This document shows positions 39,257-50,909 of a stretch of DNA of 64,000 nucleotides, piece by piece. Position 1 is the first letter of the stretch. Each line of letters opens with the position of its first letter. A model generated the notes under the pieces. It saw only the letters and a program-made list of their open reading frames with translations. It was not told where the DNA came from and did no database searches. The translations under genes were made by a program, and so were the position numbers. The DNA lies in NCBI GenBank assembly GCA_965205905.1, contig CBDBHZ010000012.1, forward strand, positions 316,445-380,444, given 5' to 3'. This DNA comes from Alphaproteobacteria bacterium (GTDB taxonomy: Bacteria; Pseudomonadota; Alphaproteobacteria; JABAAW01; JAHZMA01).

Positions 39257-40816
39257 TTACGCATCTTTCACTTGGCAATGGAATAGTCTAATTTCTTCGC
39301 CCAATTCATCAGCTAATTTCTTTAAGGCTTCGGTATCAGCGCGCACCATATCGGCAACATTATTGGTGCTTTTGGCAGATTCGCTAACGGTCTCAACCCC
39401 TTGATTGATACGCTGTGTGCCTGCTTTGCCTTGCTCGGCACTTTCCACAATTTTACCCACCGCCATATTTTGCAAATCGATAGATTCAGAAATCTCACTG
39501 GATAATTTGTTGATATTATCCACAACAGCGGTAACTTGAGTGATCGCACCCACAGCACCATCAGTCTCGCTTTGAATGGTGGCAATTTGCGCCGAAATAT
39601 CTTCGGTGGCTTTTGCGGTTTGATTGGCAAGATTTTTAACCTCGCCCGCCACCACAGCAAAGCCTTTGCCTGCCTCGCCCGCACGTGCCGCTTCAATCGT
39701 TGCATTCAGTGCCAGTAAATTGGTTTGATTGGCAATATCGTTGATTAATTGCACCACCTCACCAATACGGTCGGCTGAAACCGCTAACCCTTGAATTTTC
39801 TCGTTTGCACCATCGGTCTGGATTGTGGCATTTTCGGCAATGTTGCGCGATTGCGTCATTTGTTCATAAACAGTCTTGATTGATGATGATAAATTATCGC
39901 CCGATTGCGTTACCAATGCGGTATTCTCATTCATCTGGATACTGGCATCTGAAATCACATTGATATTATCGATGGTGGCATGGGCATTTTGCGATAATGT
40001 CTCACCAGTGGCTGAAATTTTTGTAATCGCAGTTTCTATATCGTGAAACGTCTTGCTGATTTTACTATCAAACTCATCAAAAATGCCTTGCAGTTTTTCC
40101 AATCGTTTCTCTTCTTCGCCCTGATGCTCATCTTCAATCGCTTGTATTTTGGTTTGATGCTCGTGTTGCAATAATTCTGTTATTTTTTGGTCACTATAAT
40201 AAGCGTGCATTCTCTCCATCTCGGCTTTTCTTTGGGCAAATGCCAATATTAGCCCAAGAATGATGGCAGTAAATAATGTGCCCGTCCGCAATTCCATGTA
40301 GAATGTGTCGGTAAATTGCAATGCAGGTGCCTCATAATAGGCGTAATAAAGCATAAATAATAATGACGGGAACGCAATCAAATAGCTTAACCGTTGGAAT
40401 GTTTTTTCGTGGGCAGCCGTAATAAAATAAGGCAGTGCCATCACCACCACACCCACGATAATATCAATATCGGTGCGGTTGGCGAATAAGAATAGCATGG
40501 TATAGCAGGCGCCAATCACCAGAAAAAACAATAAGATACGTGGCAGTAAAATTTTGTTCAGCCATAGCATAGCAACGATAACAAGCGCAGTGAATAGAAA
40601 GCCAGATTGCACCAAAAGCATCAGGCTAACGATTTCATTTAACTCTTCGGGATAGGGATAAAACAGTAAATCGCTAATATTGCTGATAGCCAATAACACC
40701 ATAATCAGCGTAATCGCATAAGACATGCTGAGCGGACGCCGATAGCGAGCGTCTTCGGACATGTTAGGGGTAACATATTGTAAGATTTTAGTTACGAATA
40801 TTGGTGATTCCGCCAT
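39257..40816 (-). CDS. methyl-accepting chemotaxis protein with multi-TM N-terminal sensor/membrane domain
   Basis: Highly conserved MCP signalling domain LALNATIEAARAGEAGKGFAVVAGEVKNLA; about 6 TM helices at the N-terminus. Confidence 0.8.
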   Translation of the reverse strand: MAESPIFVTKILQYVTPNMSEDARYRRPLSMSYAITLIMVLLAISNISDLLFYPYPEELNEIVSLMLLVQSGFLFTALVIVAMLWLNKILLPRILLFFLVIGACYTMLFLFANRTDIDIIVGVVVMALPYFITAAHEKTFQRLSYLIAFPSLLFMLYYAYYEAPALQFTDTFYMELRTGTLFTAIILGLILAFAQRKAEMERMHAYYSDQKITELLQHEHQTKIQAIEDEHQGEEEKRLEKLQGIFDEFDSKISKTFHDIETAITKISATGETLSQNAHATIDNINVISDASIQMNENTALVTQSGDNLSSSIKTVYEQMTQSRNIAENATIQTDGANEKIQGLAVSADRIGEVVQLINDIANQTNLLALNATIEAARAGEAGKGFAVVAGEVKNLANQTAKATEDISAQIATIQSETDGAVGAITQVTAVVDNINKLSSEISESIDLQNMAVGKIVESAEQGKAGTQRINQGVETVSESAKSTNNVADMVRADTEALKKLADELGEEIRLFHCQVKDA

Positions 40817-41019
40817 TTAATTTACTCTGTATAGAATTTTCTTATTATGGCATTATGCCTTTCATTAAGGCTTTTTGCAACCATTATGTTGAGTGTTTTA
40901 TAAAATTTGTGCAATAAGAATATTTGGGAGTATTTGGAAAAACCCACTTGTTATTTACTCAAAATAAAGCTAATATCACCCATCTTAAACAGATTCACAT
41001 TTCAGGAGGGAAATGCACT

Positions 41020-41628
41020 ATGTCTATTGCTCATTTTAACCGTATTAAAAATATATCTATGCTGATAATTGGCATCGTTTTTTGTGCCAACATTATCGCC
41101 AGCACCGCTTATGCTCAGCAGGTGGATAAGAATCAATTGCTTGTCGGTCAACCAGATGCGAAACTTACCATCATAGAATATGCGTCTTTATCCTGTCCGC
41201 ATTGCGCCAATTTTCACCGCACTGTTTATCCGCAAATCAAAAAAGAGTTTCTTGATACGGGCATTGCCAAACTTTATATCCGCGACTTTCCGCATAATGA
41301 TGCTGGCACGGTGGCAACTGTGGTAAAACGTTGTGCGCCCGAAAATGTGCAGTTAGCACTTTACGATAAAATGCTGAAAGAACAATCAAATTGGCTGAGT
41401 GCTGATGATGTGCGGGTGCCGCTTAAAAAATATGGCGCATTGGCAGGCATTAATTCGCAACAAATTGAGGCATGTTTTCAAGATAAAGAGTTGGTCTCAA
41501 CCCTTTTTGACGATATTAAGCAAGCGCAAAAAGATGGCGTTAGGGGTGTGCCTTCGGTGTTTATCAATGGCAAACAAATTGATGCCACCTACAAAGCCAT
41601 TGCCAAAGCCATTAAGGCAGCACAATAA
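41020..41628 (+). CDS. DsbA-like thiol:disulfide oxidoreductase
   Basis: Signal peptide; CPHC active site (SCPHCANFH); AGGAGGG RBS. Confidence 0.6.
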   Translation: MSIAHFNRIKNISMLIIGIVFCANIIASTAYAQQVDKNQLLVGQPDAKLTIIEYASLSCPHCANFHRTVYPQIKKEFLDTGIAKLYIRDFPHNDAGTVATVVKRCAPENVQLALYDKMLKEQSNWLSADDVRVPLKKYGALAGINSQQIEACFQDKELVSTLFDDIKQAQKDGVRGVPSVFINGKQIDATYKAIAKAIKAAQ

Positions 41629-41631
41629 AAA

Positions 41632-44600
41632 GTGCAGTTCAAACGCTTAGAAATTAACGGGTTCAAATCATTTGCTGAAACAAGCCGTTTGGAATTTTAC
41701 GAAGGCCTTACGGGCATTGTAGGACCGAATGGGTGCGGGAAATCCAACATTGTTGAAGCGATTCGTTGGGTGATGGGCGAAAATTCAGCACGCAAAATGC
41801 GCTCATCAGAAATGAATGATGTTATTTTCAATGGCACTCAAACCCGCGCCAAAAGGCAGTTTGCTGAAATCTCGCTGGTGCTAGATAATCAGGCGTTCGA
41901 AGCACCAACGCAATATAACCACCATGATGAGCTGGTGATTACCCGCCGTATTGATAGAGGAGAAGGCTCGCTTTATTCCATCAATGGCAACAAAGTCCGC
42001 GCATCAGATGTGCAGCTTTTATTTGCTGATTTATCGCTAGGGGCAGGCGGTTCGGCGCAAATATCGCAAGGCATGGTCAGCGAAATTATCCATCAACGTA
42101 GCTCTGAACGGCGTAAATTGTTGGAAGAAGCGGCAGGCATTCGGGGCTTGCGGGTGAGGCGTGAGGCGGCAGAAAGAAAACTTGATAAGACTGAAGAAAA
42201 CCTTGTCCGCATCGGCGATACCATCATTTTGCTGAATGAACAATATAAAGAATTGCAATTAGCAGCCGAACAAGCAAGGCAATATAAAACAATATCAACG
42301 CAAATACAAACCCTGCAAAGCAAGCGGTCTTACTTGCAATATCAATCATGCTTCAATACGCTGAATCGCCAGAAGCAACAATTTATCAAGGCGGAGGCTG
42401 ATAGTGTAAAAGCCGAAACTGAAAAAAATATTATCGCTGAACAAGCGGCAGAGCATCGCCAAAAATTGCAAACAACCCAAGAAAAATTTTACGAAATACA
42501 AGCAAAGCACAAAAGATTTGAGATTGAGTTAGAAAATTTTGATAAGGAAAGTCAGGCACGCAAGCAGGCACGCGCCCAAATGCAAACCCGTAAACAAAGC
42601 ATCAAGACCGAAATAGAAACCGCGCAATCGCGGCTAGAAAATGCTGATACAAGGCAAAAACAGCTCGCAGCTGAAATGGCTGAATTGCAAAACCAAGCTG
42701 ATAATCCGCAAACAGAAATCGATGGTTTAAGCAAAGAATATCAGCAAATGCAAGATGATTATCGGCAATTACAGCAACGGCTGAATAAGCTGAATCAAGA
42801 CCATGCCAACGCGCAAGCGGTGCATCAGGCATTATGCAAAGAAAAAGAAGATATGCAGGCAAGGCATCAACGGTTAGGGCAAACGCAAGCAACATATCAG
42901 CAACAGCTTGCTGCGATGAAAACTGAAACGCCCGAAACCGATAATCAAGACCTCACACAATCGCGTGATATTGTGAGTCAAGCACAACAAAAAGCCGATA
43001 AATTATTGCAAGAAAAATTACCGCAAGCCGAAACAGAATTTGCAACCGCACGGGCGGATATTGAAAAAATCAATCGCCAGATACAAGAAAAACTGCGCCC
43101 GATGCAAGAAAAACAAACTCAGCTTTCTGCTGAAATTGATACATTATCACGCGTGTTTCAACGGCAAAATAGCGAATTCACCATGATTTTAGATAAGATT
43201 GAGGTGGCAGAGGGGTTTGAAACCGCGCTTTCTGCGGTGCTAGCCGATGATTTAGAAGCATCTTTAGAACAAGACGCGCCTATCTATTGGCAAAAACCGC
43301 AAATTAATACGCCATTGCCAGCATTGCCAGAGGGCGTTCGAAGCATGGCGGAGTTTGTAAAAGCACCCGAAGCATTAACAGCGCGGTTATCGCAAATCGG
43401 GGTGGTGTTTGATAATGAAAATACCGAACAATTAATTGAAAAATTGGCGCAAGGGCAGAGATTAGTGAATCAAAAAGGCGCGGTATGGCGGTGGGATGGT
43501 TTTAGAATCACGCAAGGTGCGCTTGCCCCATCTGCGACCAAATTAGAGGAGCGCAATCGGCTGGCTTCTTTGGTAGCAGAACGTGGTGCGCTAGAAGAAA
43601 CTCTGTTCGTTATCAAAAAACAGTTGGAAACTGAACAAGAAGCAGCAAGGGAGATTGTCAGCAAAACGGAACAGGATTTGCAAAAATTGCAACATGATAA
43701 TCGGCAGGCAGTTGAACAGTTGCAAGCCGCACAAAAAACCTTAAATAAGGCAGAGAATGATGAGCGACAACGGCAGAATCAGCAACAGCAATTACAGTTG
43801 AAAAAAACGCAATTACAAGAAAAAATCACCGAAACTGAGACTGAGAAGGCGGAGGTTCAAAAAGGCATCGGTAATCTAGAAACTCAAATCGCCAATGTTG
43901 CCCAGCAAGATGATATTATTGCCAAAGTGAATATATTGGCGCGTGAGCGTGAAGAGCGCGATATGGCATTGCGCGCCAAACATAGCGTGATTGAACAGCT
44001 GAAAAATAATATCAAATCCAAGCAAAAGCAGTTGCAGGATTTACTGCAGAGGCTTGATGAATGGCAAGCGCATCATATATCGGCGCAAGAGGTGATAACA
44101 AGGCTTAATGAGGAATTGCAACAAATATTGCAAACCCCCAATATTGATGAGGAATCGGAACAGCAAAATCGGCAAAAAATATTAGATTTAATCAATGATA
44201 CCCAAAAACATATCACCGATATTCAAACCGAATTATCACAGCTTAATCAGCAAAATCACGATTATACCGAAAAAATTACCACGCTTGATATGCAAATTAG
44301 AAAAATGGAAGAAGTAAAAATTCGTTCCGATGAAGGGCAGAAAATCAATCAGGAACAGCTTGATGAGATTACCCAAAAAATCAGTGAAGAATTTGGCGTA
44401 TCAGCTGATAAATTACCCGAAATTGGCGAATTCTCACCGAACGAAAAATTACCATCGGCTGATAAATTATCCGAACAATTACGGCAAACCCAAGAAAAGC
44501 GTGATGCGCTAGGGGCGGTGAATCTGCGTGCCGAAATTGAACAAGAAGAATTACGCATAAGGCTAGATGATATTACCGAACAAAGTGATGATTTGCAAAA

Positions 44601-45123
44601 GGCGGTGATTGAGTTGAAAAATGGCATCACGCGTCTTAATAGCGAAGCGCGTAAAGAGTTGTTGCTGGCATTTGATAAGGTAAATAAGCATTTCTCTGAA
44701 ATTTTCTTAAAATTATTCGGCGGCGGCAAGGCGATGATTAGGCTTGATAATGATGAGGAGCCTCTTCATGCGGGGCTAGAAATTTTGGCATCGCCACCCG
44801 GTAAAAAATTGCATAATCTCAGCCTGCTTTCAGGTGGCGAACAAGCGATGACCTCGCTGGCATTGGTGATGGCAATCTTTATGACAAAGCCCATGCCATT
44901 ATGTGTGCTTGATGAGGTGGACGCACCACTTGATGACGAGAATGTGCGCCGTCTTTACGATTTGATTGAAGAGCTGAATGCCACGATGCAGACGCGCTTT
45001 ATTTTGGTAACCCATCACCGTATGGGCATGAGCCGTTGCCAATATCTCTATGGCGTTACGATGGCAGAAAAAGGCGTCAGCAGGCTGGTGAGCGTTAATC
45101 TAAGTGAGGCAACAGCCGCTTAA
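41632..45123 (+). CDS. smc: chromosome segregation protein SMC
   Basis: GTG start. N-terminal Walker A GPNGCGKSN; long coiled coils; C-terminal LSGGE signature and Walker B (LCVLDEVDAPLD). Confidence 0.85.
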   Translation: MQFKRLEINGFKSFAETSRLEFYEGLTGIVGPNGCGKSNIVEAIRWVMGENSARKMRSSEMNDVIFNGTQTRAKRQFAEISLVLDNQAFEAPTQYNHHDELVITRRIDRGEGSLYSINGNKVRASDVQLLFADLSLGAGGSAQISQGMVSEIIHQRSSERRKLLEEAAGIRGLRVRREAAERKLDKTEENLVRIGDTIILLNEQYKELQLAAEQARQYKTISTQIQTLQSKRSYLQYQSCFNTLNRQKQQFIKAEADSVKAETEKNIIAEQAAEHRQKLQTTQEKFYEIQAKHKRFEIELENFDKESQARKQARAQMQTRKQSIKTEIETAQSRLENADTRQKQLAAEMAELQNQADNPQTEIDGLSKEYQQMQDDYRQLQQRLNKLNQDHANAQAVHQALCKEKEDMQARHQRLGQTQATYQQQLAAMKTETPETDNQDLTQSRDIVSQAQQKADKLLQEKLPQAETEFATARADIEKINRQIQEKLRPMQEKQTQLSAEIDTLSRVFQRQNSEFTMILDKIEVAEGFETALSAVLADDLEASLEQDAPIYWQKPQINTPLPALPEGVRSMAEFVKAPEALTARLSQIGVVFDNENTEQLIEKLAQGQRLVNQKGAVWRWDGFRITQGALAPSATKLEERNRLASLVAERGALEETLFVIKKQLETEQEAAREIVSKTEQDLQKLQHDNRQAVEQLQAAQKTLNKAENDERQRQNQQQQLQLKKTQLQEKITETETEKAEVQKGIGNLETQIANVAQQDDIIAKVNILAREREERDMALRAKHSVIEQLKNNIKSKQKQLQDLLQRLDEWQAHHISAQEVITRLNEELQQILQTPNIDEESEQQNRQKILDLINDTQKHITDIQTELSQLNQQNHDYTEKITTLDMQIRKMEEVKIRSDEGQKINQEQLDEITQKISEEFGVSADKLPEIGEFSPNEKLPSADKLSEQLRQTQEKRDALGAVNLRAEIEQEELRIRLDDITEQSDDLQKAVIELKNGITRLNSEARKELLLAFDKVNKHFSEIFLKLFGGGKAMIRLDNDEEPLHAGLEILASPPGKKLHNLSLLSGGEQAMTSLALVMAIFMTKPMPLCVLDEVDAPLDDENVRRLYDLIEELNATMQTRFILVTHHRMGMSRCQYLYGVTMAEKGVSRLVSVNLSEATAA

Positions 45124-45232
45124 TTGACTCTTATCGGCAAATATTAGGCAATATTTAACTTGATTTTAATGATGATTTTTCTATATGGTATAAATATTAT
45201 GACTGAACAGCATTATTTTTCAAGAGGTTATT

Positions 45233-45538
45233 GTGGCGCCAATAGATAACACGCAAACCATCACACGTGGTGATTTGGTAGAAGAGCTTTACAATCAGCT
45301 AGGGCTGTCGCGCCGTGAATGTAAAGCATTGGTGGAGCAAATTTTAGACGGAATGTCAGATTCATTGATTGCGGGCGATAGTGTTAAAATCTCATCATTT
45401 GGCAGTTTTTTGGTGCGGGATAAAAAACAGCGCATCGGGCGTAACCCACGCACAGGCGAGCTTGCCACCATAACGCCCCGAAGGGTGCTTTCTTTTCGTG
45501 CCAGTGCCATGCTGAAGCAAAAGATGAATCATGAGTAA
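45233..45538 (+). CDS. ihfA: integration host factor subunit alpha
   Basis: [11 protein letters not shown]...FGSF.VR....R.GRNPRTGE motif; GTG start. Confidence 0.85.
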   Translation: MAPIDNTQTITRGDLVEELYNQLGLSRRECKALVEQILDGMSDSLIAGDSVKISSFGSFLVRDKKQRIGRNPRTGELATITPRRVLSFRASAMLKQKMNHE

Positions 45539-45998
45539 TAAAACCGCCACCGCTTACCGCACCATTTCAGAAGTGGCTGATATGGTTGGGGTCAAGCCTC
45601 ATGTTTTGCGCTTTTGGGAGAAGAAATTCACGCAAATTAAGCCAATGAAACGTCCATCGGGCAGACGCTATTATCGCCCCGAAGATGTGAAAGTGATTGA
45701 GCAAATCCGCGATTTACTACATCGGCAAGGTTATACAGTGCGTGGTGTTCAGCAATTATTCAAGCAAAAAGGCGTCAAAGTATTTCAACTGCGTGATGAA
45801 TCGCTAGAATTTGGCACGATGACTGTCAATCAGCAAAATGATTTAATGGCGCAAGATGATATGAGCCATGAGGGGTTCGCGCAAGAAAGCAGCACGTATC
45901 AAGCCGAAGCGGGCATCATTCTCACCCCCGAAATGCAAGCAAAATTACAACGCCTATATGATGATATTGGGCAATCTTTGCAAAAATATCCGAGTTGA
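45531..45998 (+). CDS. MerR-family transcriptional regulator
   Basis: N-terminal HTH ([22 protein letters not shown]); conserved position after ihfA. Confidence 0.6.
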   Translation: MSNKTATAYRTISEVADMVGVKPHVLRFWEKKFTQIKPMKRPSGRRYYRPEDVKVIEQIRDLLHRQGYTVRGVQQLFKQKGVKVFQLRDESLEFGTMTVNQQNDLMAQDDMSHEGFAQESSTYQAEAGIILTPEMQAKLQRLYDDIGQSLQKYPS

Positions 45999-46487
45999 GT
46001 GATGACAGCGCAACACCATATTGCCAAAAATATTGCCCGCAATATCGCTATTGCTTGCGACCATGCGGGCTTTGCCTTAAAGCAACATTTATGTAAGCAT
46101 CTTAAAACGCATCAATCATGCGCTAACCTTACTGATTTTGGCACTGATAGTGAGCAATCGGTTGATTATCCTGATATTGCCCACCGATTATGCGAAACCA
46201 TAACAAAGGCTGATGCTGATATGGGTATCCTGATTTGTGGCAGTGGCACGGGCATGGTGATCACCGCCAATCGTTACCCTCATATTCGTGCGGCTTTATG
46301 CTATAATACCGAGATTGCCCGCCTTGCGCGCCTGCATAATAACGCCAATATCATTGTGCTTGGTGCGCGTTTTACCACTGAGGCTGAGGCTTGTGAGATG
46401 CTAGATGTGTTCTTAACAACCGATTTTGAAGGTGGCAGGCACGAACAGCGCATTAATAAAATTACTAAAACAAACCCCCTTATTTAA
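45999..46487 (+). CDS. rpiB: ribose-5-phosphate isomerase B
   Basis: IACDHAGF...ILICGSGTGM...ANR.PH.RAAL motifs. Confidence 0.8.
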   Translation: MMTAQHHIAKNIARNIAIACDHAGFALKQHLCKHLKTHQSCANLTDFGTDSEQSVDYPDIAHRLCETITKADADMGILICGSGTGMVITANRYPHIRAALCYNTEIARLARLHNNANIIVLGARFTTEAEACEMLDVFLTTDFEGGRHEQRINKITKTNPLI

Positions 46488-46502
46488 TAGAAAGAAACAA
46501 TC

Positions 46503-47795
46503 ATGACAAATTACGGCTTTACTGATTTATTCACCGCCCCCCTACAACAAAGCGATACAGATGTGTTCGCGGCGATTACCCACGAATATAATCGTCAGCG
46601 CGATGGTATCGAACTGATTGCCTCAGAAAATATCGTCAGCCGTGCCGTGTTGCAAGCAACGGGGTCGGTGCTTACCAATAAATATGCGGAAGGCTATCCG
46701 GGCAGACGCTATTATGGCGGTTGCGAACATGTGGATACTGTGGAAGATATTGCCCGTACCCGTGCGAAAAAGCTGTTTAATTGCAAATTTGCCAATGTGC
46801 AGCCGCATTCGGGCGCGCAAGCCAATCAAGAGACTTTTATGGCGGTGATGCAACCGGGCGATTGCTTTATGGCAATGTCGTTAGAAGAAGGCGGGCATTT
46901 ATCGCATGGCGCATCGGTTAATCTTTCTGGCAAATGGTTTAAGCCCGTGCATTACGGCATCACCAAAGATACCCAAACCATTGATTACGACCAAGCGATG
47001 CAGGTGGCAAAACAACATAAGCCGAAGCTGATTATTGCCGGCGGTTCTGCCTATTCGCGCATCATTGATTTTTCTAAATTCCGCGCGATTGCTGACGAGG
47101 TGGGCGCGTTATTTATGGTTGATATGGCGCATTTTGCAGGATTGGTTGCAGCAGGTCTGCATCCGAATCCGCTTGAATATGCTGATATTGCCACCACCAC
47201 CACACATAAAACTTTACGTGCGACACGTGGCGGTATGATTCTCACCAATAATCCCGATTTGGCGAAGAAAATTAATTCAGCCGTGTTTCCCGGCACGCAA
47301 GGTGGACCACTGATGCATTCGATTGCGGGTAAAGCGGTTGGGCTTGGCGAGGCATTGCGCCCCGAATTTAAAATCTATAGCCAAGCGGTGCTAGATAACG
47401 CGCAAATATTAGCGCAAGAGATGTTAAAAGGTGGCTTTGATTTGGTTTCAGGTGGCACGGATACGCATCTGTTATTGGTGGATTTGCGTCAAAAAGGCAT
47501 TAGCGGTAAAGAAAGTGAGGCGGCACTTGAACGCGCTGCCATTACTTGCAATAAAAATTCTGTGCTGAACGACCCATTGCCGCCATTAGAAACATCAGGC
47601 ATCAGGCTAGGCACACCAGCGGCAACATCGCGCGGGCTTGATGGTGATGATTTCCGTTTGGTGGGCGAATCAATCGTGAAAGTGCTTGATGCATTAAGTC
47701 AGAAAAAAGGCGGTGATGACGCGGTGGAACAAACGGTGAAGCAAGATATTTTGGCATTATGCGAAAGACGCCCGATTTACCCAGATGTGTATTAA
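46503..47795 (+). CDS. glyA: serine hydroxymethyltransferase
   Basis: 430 aa; PLP-site [13 protein letters not shown]-like ([14 protein letters not shown]). Confidence 0.95.
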   Translation: MTNYGFTDLFTAPLQQSDTDVFAAITHEYNRQRDGIELIASENIVSRAVLQATGSVLTNKYAEGYPGRRYYGGCEHVDTVEDIARTRAKKLFNCKFANVQPHSGAQANQETFMAVMQPGDCFMAMSLEEGGHLSHGASVNLSGKWFKPVHYGITKDTQTIDYDQAMQVAKQHKPKLIIAGGSAYSRIIDFSKFRAIADEVGALFMVDMAHFAGLVAAGLHPNPLEYADIATTTTHKTLRATRGGMILTNNPDLAKKINSAVFPGTQGGPLMHSIAGKAVGLGEALRPEFKIYSQAVLDNAQILAQEMLKGGFDLVSGGTDTHLLLVDLRQKGISGKESEAALERAAITCNKNSVLNDPLPPLETSGIRLGTPAATSRGLDGDDFRLVGESIVKVLDALSQKKGGDDAVEQTVKQDILALCERRPIYPDVY

Positions 47796-47821
47796 CAACA
47801 TTGAACTTATAGGGGCTTGCA

Positions 47822-48301
47822 ATGCGTTGTCCGTTTTGCGCTGATGATAACACGCAAGTGCGCGATTCACGCCCTGTGGAAATGGCGGACGCGATTCGCC
47901 GTAAGCGTTTTTGTCCAAAATGTGAGGGCAAGTTTCTCACATTCGAACGCGTGCAAATCAACCCTATCATTATCATCAAGCGTGATGGGCGCAAACAACC
48001 CTATGACCGTTCTAAGCTAATGGCATCGTTACGGTTGGCGTTACGCAAGCGACCAGTCGATGAAGCAAAATTAGAATTGGCGTTGAGTCATCTCACAAGA
48101 CGGTTAGAAAATGATTCTGATGAGGTGGATAATGAAGCAAATGCCATCAGCAGTGAGAAATTAGGCTTGATGGCAATGGAAATGTTACGGCAATTTGATG
48201 AGGTCGCCTATGTACGCTTTGCATCGGTCTATCATAATTTTCATCAGGCGAAGAGTTTTGCAGATTTTATCAGCACAGAAGAGGGTTTTGATGAATCATA
48301 A
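47822..48301 (+). CDS. nrdR: transcriptional repressor NrdR
   Basis: MRCPFCADDNTQVRDSRP zinc ribbon plus ATP-cone. Confidence 0.9.
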   Translation: MRCPFCADDNTQVRDSRPVEMADAIRRKRFCPKCEGKFLTFERVQINPIIIIKRDGRKQPYDRSKLMASLRLALRKRPVDEAKLELALSHLTRRLENDSDEVDNEANAISSEKLGLMAMEMLRQFDEVAYVRFASVYHNFHQAKSFADFISTEEGFDES

Positions 48302-49415
48302 GAAATTTATGCAAATCGCGCTACAATTAGCACAAAGCGGTAAAGGGCAAACATTCCCGAATCCATCGGTGGGGGCAGTGTTGGTTAAAAACAATATTAT
48401 CATTGCATCGGCGCGTACCGCTAATACGGGCAGACCCCATGCCGAGACACTCTGCTTGCAAAAAGCAGAGCATGACGAGATTGATGAGAGTTGCGTGTTA
48501 TATATCACATTAGAGCCTTGCGCGCATCGCGGTGAGACACCGCCTTGTGTTGATGCGATTATCGCGAGCCGTATCAAACATGTGGTGATCGGCGTGCAAG
48601 ATAGTGATGAACAAACCAGCGGCAAGGGCATTGACGCCTTAAAGCAAGCGGGCATCAAAGTAGAATATGAAAATTTAGATGCTTCTATAGATGAATTTTA
48701 CAAGGGGTATCTACGGCAAAGGGCTGGTGAAAAGCCGTTTGTTTCGGTAAAAATTGCCGCATCATTAGATGGTAAAATCGCGCTTAATAATGGTGATAGC
48801 AAATGGATTACGGGCGAGAATGCACGAAAATATGGGCATTTGCTCCGCGCCCATGCTGATTGTGTGCTAACGGGCGCAGGCACGGTTTTAGCCGATAATC
48901 CGCGCCTAAATATCAGGCTTGATGGTTTTGATACCTATCAGACTATGCGGGTTGTGCTAACAGGTGCAAGGGCTTTGCCTGATACTGCCGATATTTTTAA
49001 TGTGGATGATGGTGATGTGATGATTGTGGCTGATAAAGATTCCGAGCATTTTGAGGGTTATCAACGCATGGCAACATTATCACCGCAAAAAATGATGGTG
49101 TTAGATGTGAGCGCAGAGAATGGTAAAATTGATTTACCGCTATTATTGCAATATTTAGGGAAGTTTGGCATTGCTGATATTTTACTAGAGGCAGGGTCAA
49201 TATTGGTTACCGAATTTTTAACGCAAGATTTGATAGATAGGATTTACTATTTCCATAATCAGCAGTTTTTGGGGGCGGATAGTCAAAACGCCATTGCCTC
49301 GTTAGGGCTTGAGACATTAGCAGATGCACCCAAATTTCATCTATATGCCGAAAAGCAGTTTCCTCGTGATGATACGATGGCTGATAAATTGCTGATATTA
49401 GATAGGGCGGAATAA
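48291..49415 (+). CDS. ribD: bifunctional riboflavin biosynthesis deaminase/reductase RibD
   Basis: CMP/dCMP deaminase motif (HAE...PCAHRGETPPC) and C-terminal reductase domain. The start overlaps the nrdR end. Confidence 0.85.
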   Translation: MNHKKFMQIALQLAQSGKGQTFPNPSVGAVLVKNNIIIASARTANTGRPHAETLCLQKAEHDEIDESCVLYITLEPCAHRGETPPCVDAIIASRIKHVVIGVQDSDEQTSGKGIDALKQAGIKVEYENLDASIDEFYKGYLRQRAGEKPFVSVKIAASLDGKIALNNGDSKWITGENARKYGHLLRAHADCVLTGAGTVLADNPRLNIRLDGFDTYQTMRVVLTGARALPDTADIFNVDDGDVMIVADKDSEHFEGYQRMATLSPQKMMVLDVSAENGKIDLPLLLQYLGKFGIADILLEAGSILVTEFLTQDLIDRIYYFHNQQFLGADSQNAIASLGLETLADAPKFHLYAEKQFPRDDTMADKLLILDRAE

Positions 49416-50050
49416 TGTTTTCAGGGATTGTTAAAGATTTAGGCAGAATTGAAAAATTCACCATGCCACAGCCAAAAATCGCACAAGATGCCATCATGCA
49501 GATAAGCACCAAATTACCGATGGCAAAGCTGATATTAGGCGCATCGGTCGCATGTGATGGCGTTTGCTTAACGGTAACAGAATCTAGCACAAAAGACGGC
49601 GTTAATTTCTTTACCGTGCAATTATCGCAAGAAAGCCTGAAAGTGATTAAACCCTATATAGCAGGTAAAGCAATCAATTTAGAAGCTGCCCTTACCCTTG
49701 CCGATGGGCTTGACGGGCATCTGGTTTCGGGGCATGTTGATGGCATCGCCGAATTGTTAGATGTTCAGCATGATGCAGGCAGTCGGCAAATGGTTTTTAC
49801 CGCGCCGCAACAATTTTCAGCTTTCATTATGCGTAAAGGTTCGGTATGCTTAAATGGTGTCTCGCTCACTGTGAATGATGTTAGCGAACCCAATGCTAGC
49901 AAGCTAATATTCGGTTGCAATATTATCAGCCATACGGCAAATGTTACCAATTTAGGCGATTTACAGGTGGGCGATAGTCTGAATATAGAGATTGATTTAT
50001 TGGCACGTTATATGGAACGTTTTTTAAGCGTGAATAGGAGTAAAATATGA
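49415..50050 (+). CDS. ribE: riboflavin synthase alpha subunit
   Basis: MFSGIV N-terminus; duplicated lumazine-binding repeats. Confidence 0.85.
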   Translation: MFSGIVKDLGRIEKFTMPQPKIAQDAIMQISTKLPMAKLILGASVACDGVCLTVTESSTKDGVNFFTVQLSQESLKVIKPYIAGKAINLEAALTLADGLDGHLVSGHVDGIAELLDVQHDAGSRQMVFTAPQQFSAFIMRKGSVCLNGVSLTVNDVSEPNASKLIFGCNIISHTANVTNLGDLQVGDSLNIEIDLLARYMERFLSVNRSKI

Positions 50051-50460
50051 AATTCTTAATTGTGGAAGCCTGTTTCTATCAGCATATTGCTGATTTATTG
50101 CGGAAGGGGGCGACAGAATTTTTAGCAAATGCAGGGCATGAATACGATATTGTGCAAGTGCCGGGCGCGCTTGAAATCCCTGCCGCGATTGCCATTCAAA
50201 ATGCACGTTACATTAGCTATGATGGCTATGTTGCGCTTGGCACAGTGATAAGGGGCGAGACTTCGCATTACGATATTGTGGCAGGCGAATCGGCTGCTGC
50301 TTTACAGCAATTAGCGATTCAGCAACAATTATGTATCGGCAATGGCATTCTGACATGCGATAATGAAGCCCAAGCATTATATCGTGCTGACCAAAAAAAC
50401 AAAGGCGCAGATGCAGCACAAGCGGCATTGGTGTTGGCAGAATTGGCATCAGCACAATGA
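50047..50460 (+). CDS. ribH: 6,7-dimethyl-8-ribityllumazine synthase
   Basis: 137 aa; ribH position within the rib operon. Confidence 0.8.
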   Translation: MKFLIVEACFYQHIADLLRKGATEFLANAGHEYDIVQVPGALEIPAAIAIQNARYISYDGYVALGTVIRGETSHYDIVAGESAAALQQLAIQQQLCIGNGILTCDNEAQALYRADQKNKGADAAQAALVLAELASAQ

Positions 50461-50909
50461 CCGAAACTGACCAAAAAAAGCAGACAAAAGGCGAGCAATT
50501 ACTCCGCACAAGGCTGGCGGTGGTGCAAACTCTCTATTCCGAACAGCTGAGTGATAAACCGCATACTCAAAATTACGCATGGCTAGATGAAGAGCAACAT
50601 TATGCGGTAGATGAGGATTTTTATCAAAAACTATTAAGCGAAGTGCATTATCACGATGTAACGATTGTGCCGATGGTGCAAATCGCGCTGGCGAATCGCA
50701 AATGGCAGAATATGGATATTACCTATCAATGTTTGTTACGCGCCGCCTGTGCCGAATTGATAACGGGCATCAATGATAAGGCACTTGTGATTAGTCTGTA
50801 TTGCCGTATTTGCGATTCATTTTATGATGATAAGATGGGAAAGTTTACCAATGCGGTGCTAGAAAATTGCGCGACACAAATTGCGTCACAGATTAGCAAA
50901 AATGACTGA
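50457..50909 (+). CDS. nusB: transcription antitermination factor NusB
   Basis: ribH-nusB-thiL synteny; NusB-like N-terminus (RTRLAVVQTLY). Confidence 0.8.
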   Translation: MTETDQKKQTKGEQLLRTRLAVVQTLYSEQLSDKPHTQNYAWLDEEQHYAVDEDFYQKLLSEVHYHDVTIVPMVQIALANRKWQNMDITYQCLLRAACAELITGINDKALVISLYCRICDSFYDDKMGKFTNAVLENCATQIASQISKND